From NCBI GenBank assembly GCA_963695095.1, contig CAVOFT010000001.1:608001-672000 (forward strand): a stretch of 64,000 nt of DNA. The letters run 5' to 3'. The DNA comes from an uncultured bacterium (lineage in GTDB: Bacteria > Krumholzibacteriota > Krumholzibacteriia > JACNKJ01). Positions within the stretch are counted from its first letter, which is position 1, and each line of letters opens with the position of its first letter. The notes below the pieces were generated by a model. It saw only the letters and a list, made by a program, of their open reading frames with translations. It ran no database searches and had not been told where the DNA came from. Below are positions 51,802-61,583 of the stretch, one piece after another. Made by a program: the position numbers and the translations under genes.

Positions 51802-53168
51802 TTACTGAAGCAGCAGCATCTTGCGGGCCTCGCGCGCGCCGGCCGTCTCCACCTCGTAGAAGTAGACGCCCGAGGGCAGAGCCTCGCCCTGCCGGTCGCG
51901 CCCATCCCAGCGGAAGCTGTAGCTGCCGGCCGCCGCGTGCTCGCGCGTGGTTTCGAGCAGCACGCGCCCGCCGGGGCTGACGATGCGCAGGGTGACCCTG
52001 CCCGGCGCCGACAGCTCGTAGGCGAAGCTGGTGCTCGGGTTGAAGGGGTTGGGGTGGTTCTGGCCGAGCTTGAGGCGCGCCGCCTCCACGTCCGCGGGCG
52101 CTGCCGTGAGATCGGCCCGGTAGAAGATCACCTGGCCCATCACCTTCCAGTTGGGCGGCGTGGTGGCGTTGTAGTTGCAGTCCGTGCAGGTCACGCCGGG
52201 GACGCAGTCCGGGTTGGTCGGATTGCAGGGGTTGAAGTACTCCTGGATGTTGTAGTCCACGCTGAGCGGCTGGCCCGGCGTGATCAGGCTCGTGATGTCG
52301 TTGTCCCAGGGCGTCACCTTGTCGCCGGGGCACCAGCCGGCGCGCGCGTACTGCCAGGTGCCGCCCTGCGGGCTGCAGGGGTTCGTCGAGCAGATGTTCC
52401 ACAGCACGTGCGAGAAGCTCCCCGCGTCCACCACGAGGGAGTGGGTCTTGGGGCAGAACTCGGCGCAGTTCTGGGCGAAGCCGAAGCCGTGGCCGGTGGT
52501 GGTCATGCGCAGCTTCGCCGCGACGGCGTCGGCGGGCACGTCGACGAGCAGCGGCCGGCAGCTCGGCCTCGTGGGCGAAGGGCGTGTCGCCGTAGACGAT
52601 CCAGTCGTCGAGGTAGAGATTCGTCACCGCGAAGGGCTGCAGCGCCGCTCGCCCCGTGCACGAAGCCGAAGTCGCAGGTGATCAGCCAGCCGCGCGTGTT
52701 GCCCATCCAGGACTCGATGTAGAGCTTGAGCGTCTGACGTGTCCTTCAGCAGGAACTTGTAGTCGGTGAGGTCGAAGGTCCAGGTGCAGGTGCCGGGGTA
52801 GTTCGCGGGCCCGTGATGTCGTAGGGCGTGATGAAGCGCGCGATCTCGACGTCGCGCGTGGCGCCGCCGCCGAGGTCCTCCTCCAGGCGCAGCCAGGCGT
52901 AGCGGTCCCAGGGGTCGCAGTCGCCGGGCGGGCCGGGGCAGCCGATGGTCATCACCAGCAGCACTTCGCTGTAGAGCTCCGGGTGCGCGGGGAAGCTGAA
53001 GTCCGCCACGTGGGGCGTGGCCCAGTTGATGAACTCCTCGTCGAAGGTGCGCAGCCAGGTGGTGTCCGGCCAGGCGGGGGCCTGATCGGCCAGCGCCGTG
53101 CCGGCCGTCAGCAAGAGCAGGGTCGCGAGGGCCAGATGGAGAGCGGCGAAACGATGAGCAGTGCGCAT
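51802..53168 (-). CDS. peptide-N-glycosidase F-related protein with C-terminal FlgD-Ig/T9SS-like domain, frameshifted
   Basis: GGAGG RBS; signal peptide; CDPWDR, EIARFITPY, TTGHG..NCAEFC, GTWQYARAGWCPG; C-terminal NHPNPFNP...WDGRD...SGVYFY. Confidence 0.85.
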
Positions 53169-53346
53169 GGCGAACCTCCGGCGGCTTGGGCAGGGGCGGC
53201 GCTGGGCGCCGCGGGAAGCAGTATAGCGCAATCGGGCAGGCTGGGGAACGCCGGCGACCGGCCCGCAGCCGCGGCTGGCAGGGCGGCGAAGGCCTATGCT
53301 ATACTTTGCCTTCCAGCCTGAAACCCGCCGTCTGTGGAGGATCCCC

Positions 53347-55099
53347 ATGCCCCGTCGCCTCGCGTCCGCGCTCGCGCTGAGCTTGCTCCTCGCCGCCGCC
53401 GCCCTGCCCGCCCTCGCCGAGTGGGACGTGGACCACATCGAGCAGCTCCTGCCGATCGCGCCCACGGCCGAGGAGGCCCGGCAGCTCGAGGCGCTGGCCG
53501 CCCAGGGCGGGGACCGCGACGGCCAGGCCGATCCGCCGCCGCTGGCCCCCCTGCGCGGCTGCGCGGAGTGGGAGCCGGCCACGGGCGTGCTCGTCCGCTA
53601 TCCCCTCGGCCTGCCCTACGCCCTGCTGCAGGACTTCGACGACCAGGTGACGCTGCACGTCGTCGTCTCCAGCAGCAACCAGGCGACGGCGATCAGCAAC
53701 TTCACGGCCAACGGCGTCGACATGGCCAAGGTGCAGTGGCTGGTGCGCAACAGCGACTCGATCTGGACGCGCGACTACGGCCCCTGGTACGTCTTCGACG
53801 GCAACGGCGACATCGGCATCATCGACCACGTCTACAACCGGCCGCGGCCCAACGACGACCTCATCCCCTACTACTTCGGCCAGCAGCAGGGCATCGCCGT
53901 CTACCGGCACGACATGTACCACACCGGCGGCAACTACATGACGCGACGGCGCCAACATCGCCAGCTCGACCGAGCTGGTCTACAACGAGGCGCTCACCTA
54001 CAACGGCATGAGCCCGGCCCAGGTGGACGCGCTCATGCACGACTACTACGGCACGGAGACCTACACCGTGCTCGACTACATCGAGAGCGGCGGCATCCAC
54101 CACATCGACACCTGGGCGAAGTTCCTCAGCGAGGAGGTCGTGCTGGTCAAGGAAGTCTGGCCTGCGCACGGCACCTACAGCACGCTGAACCAGCGCGCGG
54201 CGCTGCTGGCCAGCCTGCCCAGCTCGACGGGGCGCAACTACCAGGTGCACCGCGTCTACTGCTACAGCACCAGCTCGGGCCCGGCCAGCTACACGAACAG
54301 CCTGATCCTGAACAACCACATCTACGTGCCCTTCTTCGGCAACAGCAGCTACGACAGCGACGCGCTGGCCGCCTACCAGGCCGCCGCGCCGGGCTACCTG
54401 GTCTCTGGCTACACCTACAGCGGCTGGCTCAGCGACGATGCGCTCCACTGCCGCGCCAAGGGCGCCTACGACGTGGGCATGCTGCGCGTGGCGCATATCC
54501 CCGTGGTCGAGGAGCGGACCGGCCCGGTGGCGGTGACGGCCCAGATCCACGCGCACAGCGGCGCGGCGGTTGCGGCCGCCGAGCTGCACTACCGCCAGGG
54601 CGGCGACGGCTGGCAGATGCTCGCGATGACGAACACGGCGGGCGACGCGTACAGCGCGACGATTCCCGATCCGGCGGCCGACGGCGCGACCGAGTACTAC
54701 ATCCACGCCGCCGACGCCACCGGCCGCACGGCGGGCATGCCGCGCACCGAGCCCGCGGCCGCCTACAGCTTCTCGCAGCTGAAGCAGGACGTCACCGCGG
54801 CCGACGGCCTCACGCCGGCCCGCCCCGTGGCCCTGCACGCCAACTACCCGAACCCCTTCAATCCCTCGACCACCTTCAGCTTCACGTTGCTCTATGCGGA
54901 CAAGGTGGAGCTGGCCGTCTACGACGTGCAGGGCAAGCGCCTGCGCACGCTGATCGACGGCCTGGTGCCGGGCGGCGACACGCAGGTGACCTGGGACGGC
55001 CGCGACGATGCGGGCGAGGCGCTGCCCAGCGGCACCTACTTCTACCGGCTGCGGGCGGCGGGCCTCGTCTACGGCCGGCCTGCCACCCTGGTCAAGTAG
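53347..55099 (+). CDS. agmatine/peptidylarginine deiminase family protein with C-terminal FlgD-Ig/T9SS-like domain (frameshift near 53943)
   Basis: TGcTATACT promoter at 53297; GGAGG RBS; signal peptide; AEWEP, WTRDYGP, GGN, HHIDTW, YTNSLI, DALHC; NYPNPFNP...WDGRD. Confidence 0.88.
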
Positions 55100-55108
55100 G
55101 CCACCCAA

Positions 55109-55170
55109 GGCACGGCGGTCCTCCCCTCGAACTCCGCTTCACAGGAGTTCTCGGGAAGGACCGCCGCGCC
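55109..55170 (-). repeat. structured hairpin repeat, copy 1 (folds on the minus strand)
   Basis: Minus strand ggcggtccttcccGAgaactcc-tgtgaagc-ggagttcGAggggaggaccgcc. Confidence 0.75.
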
Positions 55171-55203
55171 CTCCGTACACACTTGGCCAGCGGGCAGGCG
55201 CTC

Positions 55204-55252
55204 GCTTGCATCCTCTCGCGCCCGAAACAACGGGCGCGACCCGGATGCAAGC
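55204..55252. other. central two-stem hairpin
   Basis: gcttgcatcc-tc-tcgcgcccg-aaacaa-cgggcgcga-ccc-ggatgcaagc. Confidence 0.65.
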
Positions 55253-55363
55253 TCGCTAGCAATGCAAGGGCGCGAGCCCGGCGGCTCCCCTGTGTTGCCA
55301 CGTGGCAAACGCGCCGGCGGCTGGCCTTCTCCGCTCCCGTCCGGCGCGGCGTTCGAGCTGCGT

Positions 55364-55427
55364 GGGGGCCGTATCCCTTCCTGAGAATCCCTGCGAAGCG
55401 GGATTCGAGGGGAGGGATACGGCCCCC
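55364..55427 (+). repeat. structured hairpin repeat, copy 2 (folds on the plus strand)
   Basis: gggggccgtatcccttcctGAgaatccc-tgcgaagc-gggattcGAggggagggatacggccccc. Confidence 0.75.
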
Positions 55428-55604
55428 TTGTCGCTGGAGGGCCGCCCCGTCCGGGCGCAGAAAAAGACCGGCCGCCGGCTTGACTTCTCCATCATGGTGG
55501 CTAAATTCCGCCCCATGCCCGTTCAGGGCATACCACGGCAATGCCAATCCGCGACCCCTCGGTGTGAAAGGGAGGTGAGGCTCGAACCCCTCGAGCCGGT
55601 GCAT

Positions 55605-55793
55605 ATGGAAGCTTTCCCGAAGTGCCTCAACTGCGACAAGGGCCACCTGCTGCCCCTGTCCGACTACGGCCGCGACGGCGCGACCATCCAGTACAAGGCC
55701 TGGGTCTGCAACAACCCTGGCTGCGGCTTCAACATCCGCATCGACAACGGCGAGGTCAGCCTGGGGCGCCCCCTGGCGCCCTCGAACAAGTAG
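55605..55793 (+). CDS. small zinc-ribbon protein (62 aa)
   Basis: PKCLNCDKGHLLPLSDYG...KAWVCNNPGCGF; strong GC3 bias; upstream TTGACT-16-TAAATT at 55480-55507; own terminator. Confidence 0.75.
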   Translation: MEAFPKCLNCDKGHLLPLSDYGRDGATIQYKAWVCNNPGCGFNIRIDNGEVSLGRPLAPSNK

Positions 55794-55819
55794 GGCAGCT
55801 CGCCGGCCCCGGCCTTGGC

Positions 55820-55847
55820 AGCCCCCGCCTCGCGGCGGGGGCTTTTT
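55820..55847 (+). terminator. intrinsic terminator
   Basis: agcccccgcc-tcgc-ggcgggggct-tttt. Confidence 0.8.
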
Positions 55848-55855
55848 CGTGGGCG

Positions 55856-56680
55856 CTAGATGCGGGCTTGCAGCCAGAGGCGGCTGAAGAAGACGAAGAG
55901 CATCAGGCTGGCCAGCAGCCAGAGCGGCGAGGACTGGCTGAAGGGCGACTGGATCAGCTGCTCGATGTCCCCGCTGCTCTGCTGCAGCATCACCAGGTTC
56001 GTCAGGTTCCACACCGCATGGGCGATGAGCGGGTAGCTCAGATTCCCGAGCAGCAGCGCCAGCGCTCCGAAGAAGAGGCCCAGGATCGCCGCGCCGGGGC
56101 TGGCATGGAAGGGATGCACGGCGCCGAAGAGCAGCGCGGTGATCAGCACCGCCAGGCCCGAGCGGCCCAGGCCCAGGCGCAGGGTCCAGGGCTGGCGCAG
56201 CGTGAAGCGCTGCAGCTGTCGCTGCAGGAGCGCGCGGAAGATGAGCTCCTCGGCCAGCGGCCCCGCCGCGACGAGCGCGAAGGCCACGGCCAGCCAGCCC
56301 AGCGGCGTCTCCGGCTGCAGCAGGTCCACCCACCTGAGATAGGCCGCCTCGGGCGGGAAGCGCCGCGCCATCGCCGCCGTGAGAATCCCCAGCGGCGGCA
56401 CGAGGCTGAGCGTGGCCGCGGCCACGGCGAGGCTCGTCACCAGGGCCGGCCGCTCGATCTGGAATTGCGCGCGAAAGGGAATGCCCAGCCGCCGCGTGAG
56501 GGCGAAGAGCGGCAGCAGGACGCCCGCGCCCGCGGCCAGGCTGGTGCCGAAGGCGATCCACCAGGGGCCGCGCGCATAGAAGGGCCACTGGATGACCTGG
56601 TAGAGCACGAAGCAGAGGCCGGTGACCGCGAGGGGGAACCAGGGCCCGAGGCGGGCGCCGAGACGATCGGGCTGGAGCAT
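55856..56680 (-). CDS. CPBP family intramembrane glutamic endopeptidase
   Basis: PLAEELIFRALL, LFGAVH, AHAVWN motifs; multiple TM helices. Confidence 0.9.
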   Translation of the reverse strand: MLQPDRLGARLGPWFPLAVTGLCFVLYQVIQWPFYARGPWWIAFGTSLAAGAGVLLPLFALTRRLGIPFRAQFQIERPALVTSLAVAAATLSLVPPLGILTAAMARRFPPEAAYLRWVDLLQPETPLGWLAVAFALVAAGPLAEELIFRALLQRQLQRFTLRQPWTLRLGLGRSGLAVLITALLFGAVHPFHASPGAAILGLFFGALALLLGNLSYPLIAHAVWNLTNLVMLQQSSGDIEQLIQSPFSQSSPLWLLASLMLFVFFSRLWLQARI

Positions 56681-56808
56681 GGCGCAGTATAGGCGGCGCC
56701 GCGCTCGCGCCGCAAGCCGGCCCGGCTTCAAGCGTTGACAGCCTCGCAGGCCGGGGGGACACTGGCCCGACACCGCCGCAGGCTGCGGCAAAATGCAAGG
56801 AGGACCCG

Positions 56809-57684
56809 ATGGGCCTCATCGTCTTCGGACTGCTCACCCTGGTCGGCATCGCCGTGTTCATGAACGCGCCGCGCCAACCGGGACCCAACACCCGCCACGC
56901 TCGCTCGCTGGGCGGCGTCCTGGCCCTCGTCGGCCTCATCGGCGTGCTGGGCCAGTCGATCGTCTCCATCCCCGCCGGCCACATCGGCCTCAAGGACTTC
57001 TTCGGCAAGATCGGCGACAGCGTGCTCGCCCCCGGCATCCACATCGTCAACCCGCTGCTCACCATTCGCGAGATGGACATCCGCACCCAGGAGGCCACCG
57101 AGACGGCCAGCGTGCCCAGCAAGGAGGGCATGAACGTCACCCTGGACATCTCGCTGCTCTACAGTCTGGACCCGGTGAGGGCCGCGAGCATCTACCGCAC
57201 GATCGGCCGCGACTACGCGGCCATCTTCGTCGTGCCCACCCTGCGTTCGGAGGTGCGCGGCGCGACCACCTCCTACGAGGCCAAGGCCCTCTACACGAGC
57301 CAGCGCCAGGCCATCGCCGAGACCATCCACACCGCCCTGGGGCCCATCTTCGCCGAGCGCGGCATTCGCCTCGAGCAGGTGCTCCTGCGCAGCGTGACCC
57401 TGCCGCCCCAGCTCGCCCAGTCCATCGAGAACAAGCTGCAGGCCGAGCAGGAGTCCGAGCGCATGCGCTTCGTGCTCGACCGCGAGCGCCAGGAGGCCGA
57501 GCGCAAGAAGATCGAGGCCCAGGGCATCTCGGACTTCCAGACCATCGTCAGCGCGGGCATCAGCCAGAATCTGCTGCGCTGGAAGGGCATCGAGGCCACC
57601 GAGAAGCTGGCGGCCAGCGCGAACGCCAAGGTGGTCATCGTGGGCGGCGCGGACGGCCTGCCGCTCATTCTGAACACGCAGTAG
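56809..57684 (+). CDS. prohibitin/SPFH family protein
   Basis: AGGAGG RBS; IPAGHIG, SKEGMNV.LD, LLRSV.LP, IENKLQAEQ, EAERKKIEAQG. Confidence 0.9.
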   Translation: MGLIVFGLLTLVGIAVFMNAPRQPGPNTRHARSLGGVLALVGLIGVLGQSIVSIPAGHIGLKDFFGKIGDSVLAPGIHIVNPLLTIREMDIRTQEATETASVPSKEGMNVTLDISLLYSLDPVRAASIYRTIGRDYAAIFVVPTLRSEVRGATTSYEAKALYTSQRQAIAETIHTALGPIFAERGIRLEQVLLRSVTLPPQLAQSIENKLQAEQESERMRFVLDRERQEAERKKIEAQGISDFQTIVSAGISQNLLRWKGIEATEKLAASANAKVVIVGGADGLPLILNTQ

Positions 57685-57710
57685 CGCGGGCACGCGGTAG
57701 CGGAGGGATC

Positions 57711-59285
57711 ATGCGCCTCGTCAGCAGCGAGCAGATGCGCGCCATCGACCGGCGCACCATCGACGGCGGCCTGGTGGCGGGCGCCGAGCTGATGGAGCGC
57801 GCGGGCCAGGGCGTCTTCGGCGTGATCCGCCGGCGCAGCCGCGCGCCGCTCGCGGGCCGGCGCGTGCTCATCGTCTGCGGCAAGGGCAACAACGGCGGCG
57901 ACGGCTTCGTCATCGCGCGCGAGCTGATCCAGGCCGGCGCGCAGGTGAGCACCTACGTGCTCGCCGGGGACCTCAACCTGGCGACCGAGGCCAAGAGCGC
58001 CCTGCACCGGCTCATCCCCCTGCACCCCAACCTGCGCAAGTTCAGCGACCCCGGCGCGCTGGCCGCCTTCGCCGAGGATCTCGCCGGCTGCGAGCTGGTG
58101 GTGGACGCCCTCTTCGGCACCGGCATCGCGGAGAGCCTGCGCGAGCCCGCGCTCGGCGTGGTCCAGGCCATCAACGCCAGCGGCAAGCCCGTGCTCGCCG
58201 TCGACGTGCCCAGCGGCCTGTCCGGCAACCTCGATCCCGAATCCCGCGTCACGGTGCGCGCGCAGCTCACAGCCACCATCGGCCTGCCCAAGCTGGGCCT
58301 CTTCTACTATCCGGGCCGCGCGGCCGCCGGCGAGGTGGAAGTGGTGGACATCGGTTTCCCGGAGTCGGTGCTCGCCGAGGCGGGCGGCGCGCGGCGCCTC
58401 GTGGACCGCGACGTGGCCGCCGCCCTGGTGCCCGCGCAGGATCCGGCCGGGCACAAGTATCGCCGTGGCGCGCTGCTCATCGTGGCCGGCAGCCGCCGCT
58501 ACGGCGGCGCGCCCCTGCTCACGGCCGGCGGCGCCCTGCGCGGCGGCGTGGGCATGGTCTACGCCGCTGTGCCTTCGTCATTAGTGCCGCTCGTGCAGGC
58601 GAAGTGGCCCTCGGCCATCGCCATCGGCCTCGCCGAGGACCGGGACGGCCGCCTCGCCGCCGGCGCCCTGCCCCTGCTGCGCGAGGCCGCCGGCCGCGTG
58701 CAGGCCGTGGCCCTGGGTCCGGGCCTGGATCGCGGCGAGGAGACCCGCGACCTCCTGCGCGGCTGGCTCGGCGAGCTCGCGCTCCCTGCCGTGATCGACG
58801 CCGACGCCCTGGCCGCCTTCGCGGGTGACTACGCGGGCCTCGCCGCGCAGCCGGGCCCGCGCCTGCTCACCCCGCACTCGGGTGAGCTGGCGGCGCTGCT
58901 CGGCACGACGGCGGCGGCCCTGGAGGCCGACCGCGAGGGCCAGCTCCGCGCGGCGCGGCGCGATGGCCTCGTCCTGCTGCACAAGGGCGCGCCCACGGAG
59001 ATCATGGGCCCCGACGGCCTGCTCTACACGGTGGCGGGCGGCGATCCGGTGCTGGCCCGCGGCGGCACCGGCGACGTGCTCACCGGCCTCCTCGGCGCCC
59101 TGCTCGCCCAGGTGCCCGAGCGCCCCCTCGACATGGCGCGCCTGGGCGCCTGGCTGCACGCCGAGGCCGGCCGGCTCGCCGCCGAGCGCCTGGACCGCGG
59201 CTTCTGCGCCGGGGATCTGGCCGAGTGGCTGCCCGCCGCCTGGCGCGAGCTGAGCGGCGAGGCGCGCCTGCGCTGGCAATGGTGA
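57711..59285 (+). CDS. nnr: bifunctional NAD(P)H-hydrate epimerase/dehydratase
   Basis: GGAGG RBS; MRAID, LMERAG, CGKGNNGGDG, DALFGTG, VDVPSG, HK, GPGL, DADAL, TPHSGE, GGTGDVLTG. Confidence 0.95.
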   Translation: MRLVSSEQMRAIDRRTIDGGLVAGAELMERAGQGVFGVIRRRSRAPLAGRRVLIVCGKGNNGGDGFVIARELIQAGAQVSTYVLAGDLNLATEAKSALHRLIPLHPNLRKFSDPGALAAFAEDLAGCELVVDALFGTGIAESLREPALGVVQAINASGKPVLAVDVPSGLSGNLDPESRVTVRAQLTATIGLPKLGLFYYPGRAAAGEVEVVDIGFPESVLAEAGGARRLVDRDVAAALVPAQDPAGHKYRRGALLIVAGSRRYGGAPLLTAGGALRGGVGMVYAAVPSSLVPLVQAKWPSAIAIGLAEDRDGRLAAGALPLLREAAGRVQAVALGPGLDRGEETRDLLRGWLGELALPAVIDADALAAFAGDYAGLAAQPGPRLLTPHSGELAALLGTTAAALEADREGQLRAARRDGLVLLHKGAPTEIMGPDGLLYTVAGGDPVLARGGTGDVLTGLLGALLAQVPERPLDMARLGAWLHAEAGRLAAERLDRGFCAGDLAEWLPAAWRELSGEARLRWQW

Positions 59286-59298
59286 TACACTGGCCCGC

Positions 59299-60303
<1,005 letters not shown>

Positions 60304-60566
60304 CCGGCGCGCTTCGCGCCGCCCCAGCGCTTCCCCGACTTGCGCAGGCGTCCTCGTCCTTGCCGATCGCGGCGGGTGCTGCCGCGGCGCGGTCGCCGGT
60401 CGGGCCGCCGCGGCCCGCCCCGGGCGAAACAGGATCAAGCTTGGTCAGGCCCTGCCGATACCTAACGACGTCGGGCATGTGGATTGCAGTCACGAACAAG
60501 GACCGGCGTCCCCGCGGGCGCCGGATGGACGTGGGCATGGTGCAGCGCTGGAAGGACTTCGTGTCG

Positions 60567-61562
60567 ATGAATGCTCCCACCACCATTCTGGTCGTTGAAG
60601 ACGACGCCGCCATCCGGCGCATCCTCGAATACCAGCTGCAAAAGGCCGGCTACGAGGTGCTGACGGCCGAGGATGGCGAGACGGGGCTCTTCCTGGCGCG
60701 CAAGCACGAGCCCGACCTGCTGCTCCTGGACGTGATGCTGCCCCGGCTGGACGGGCACGAGGTCTGCCGGCAGATCCGCCAGGATTACCGCATCGGCCAG
60801 ACGCCGATCATCATGCTCACCGCGCGCAGCTCGGTGAAGGACCGCGTGGCCGGCCTCGCCCAGGGCGCCAACGACTACCTGATGAAGCCCTACGACCAGG
60901 AAGAGATGCTCGTCCGCGTGAAGAACACGCTCACCCTGGCCCGCAAGCAGCGGGAGGCCAACCCGCTGACCGGCTTGCCCGGCAACTCGGCCATCGAGTC
61001 CGAGCTGAACCGCCGGCTCGCCACCCACGAGGATTTCGCCTTCCTCTACGTGGACATCGACAACTTCAAGGGCTTCAACGACACCTACGGCTACGCCAAG
61101 GGCGATGAGGCCATCCGCATGCTGGCGGGCATTCTGACCGAAGCCATCCACGACACGGGCCATGAGGGCTTCGCCGGCCACGTCGGCGGCGACGACTTCG
61201 TGATGGTGGCGCCCATCGGCGTCGCCGAGGACGTGGCTCGCCGCACGGTGAAGGCCTTCGACCTGCTCAAGGAGCGGCTCTTCCGCCACGAGGACTGGGA
61301 GCGCGGGCACCTGAGCGTGCTCGACCGCCAGGGCAGCGAACTGCGCATTCCGCTGATGAGCCTGACGGTGGCCATCGTGATCAACGAGGAGCAGCGCTAC
61401 ACGCATGTCGGCCAGATCAGCGACGCCGCCTTCGAGCTGAAGAAGTACGGCAAGACTTTCCAGGGCAGCACGGTGGTCAAGGAGCGGCGCGGCCGCGGCG
61501 CCGGCGAGGACGCGGACGGCGAGGGCCAGGCGCCGCAGCAGGCGGAGCCCGAGTCGGCCTAG
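60567..61562 (+). CDS. response regulator with GGDEF domain (start uncertain)
   Basis: ILVVEDD, LLDVMLP, IMLTA, DYLMKP; NPLTGLPGN, DIDNFKGFNDTYGYAKGD, HVGGDDF. Confidence 0.92.
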   Translation: MNAPTTILVVEDDAAIRRILEYQLQKAGYEVLTAEDGETGLFLARKHEPDLLLLDVMLPRLDGHEVCRQIRQDYRIGQTPIIMLTARSSVKDRVAGLAQGANDYLMKPYDQEEMLVRVKNTLTLARKQREANPLTGLPGNSAIESELNRRLATHEDFAFLYVDIDNFKGFNDTYGYAKGDEAIRMLAGILTEAIHDTGHEGFAGHVGGDDFVMVAPIGVAEDVARRTVKAFDLLKERLFRHEDWERGHLSVLDRQGSELRIPLMSLTVAIVINEEQRYTHVGQISDAAFELKKYGKTFQGSTVVKERRGRGAGEDADGEGQAPQQAEPESA

Positions 61563-61583
61563 CGAAAGACGAGGCTCAGCAAG

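Noticed and set aside
55109..55427. CRISPR array, integron attC sites, tRNA, SRP or 6S RNA
   Set aside because: Only two copies in opposite orientation with no spacers or cas genes; no RYYYAAC/GTTRRRY ends; no tRNA T-loop or SRP core motif recognised
56793..59285. 830-aa extended Nnr ORF
   Set aside because: The upstream part is the off-frame shadow of the SPFH gene; the true start is ATG 57711 with a GGAGG RBS
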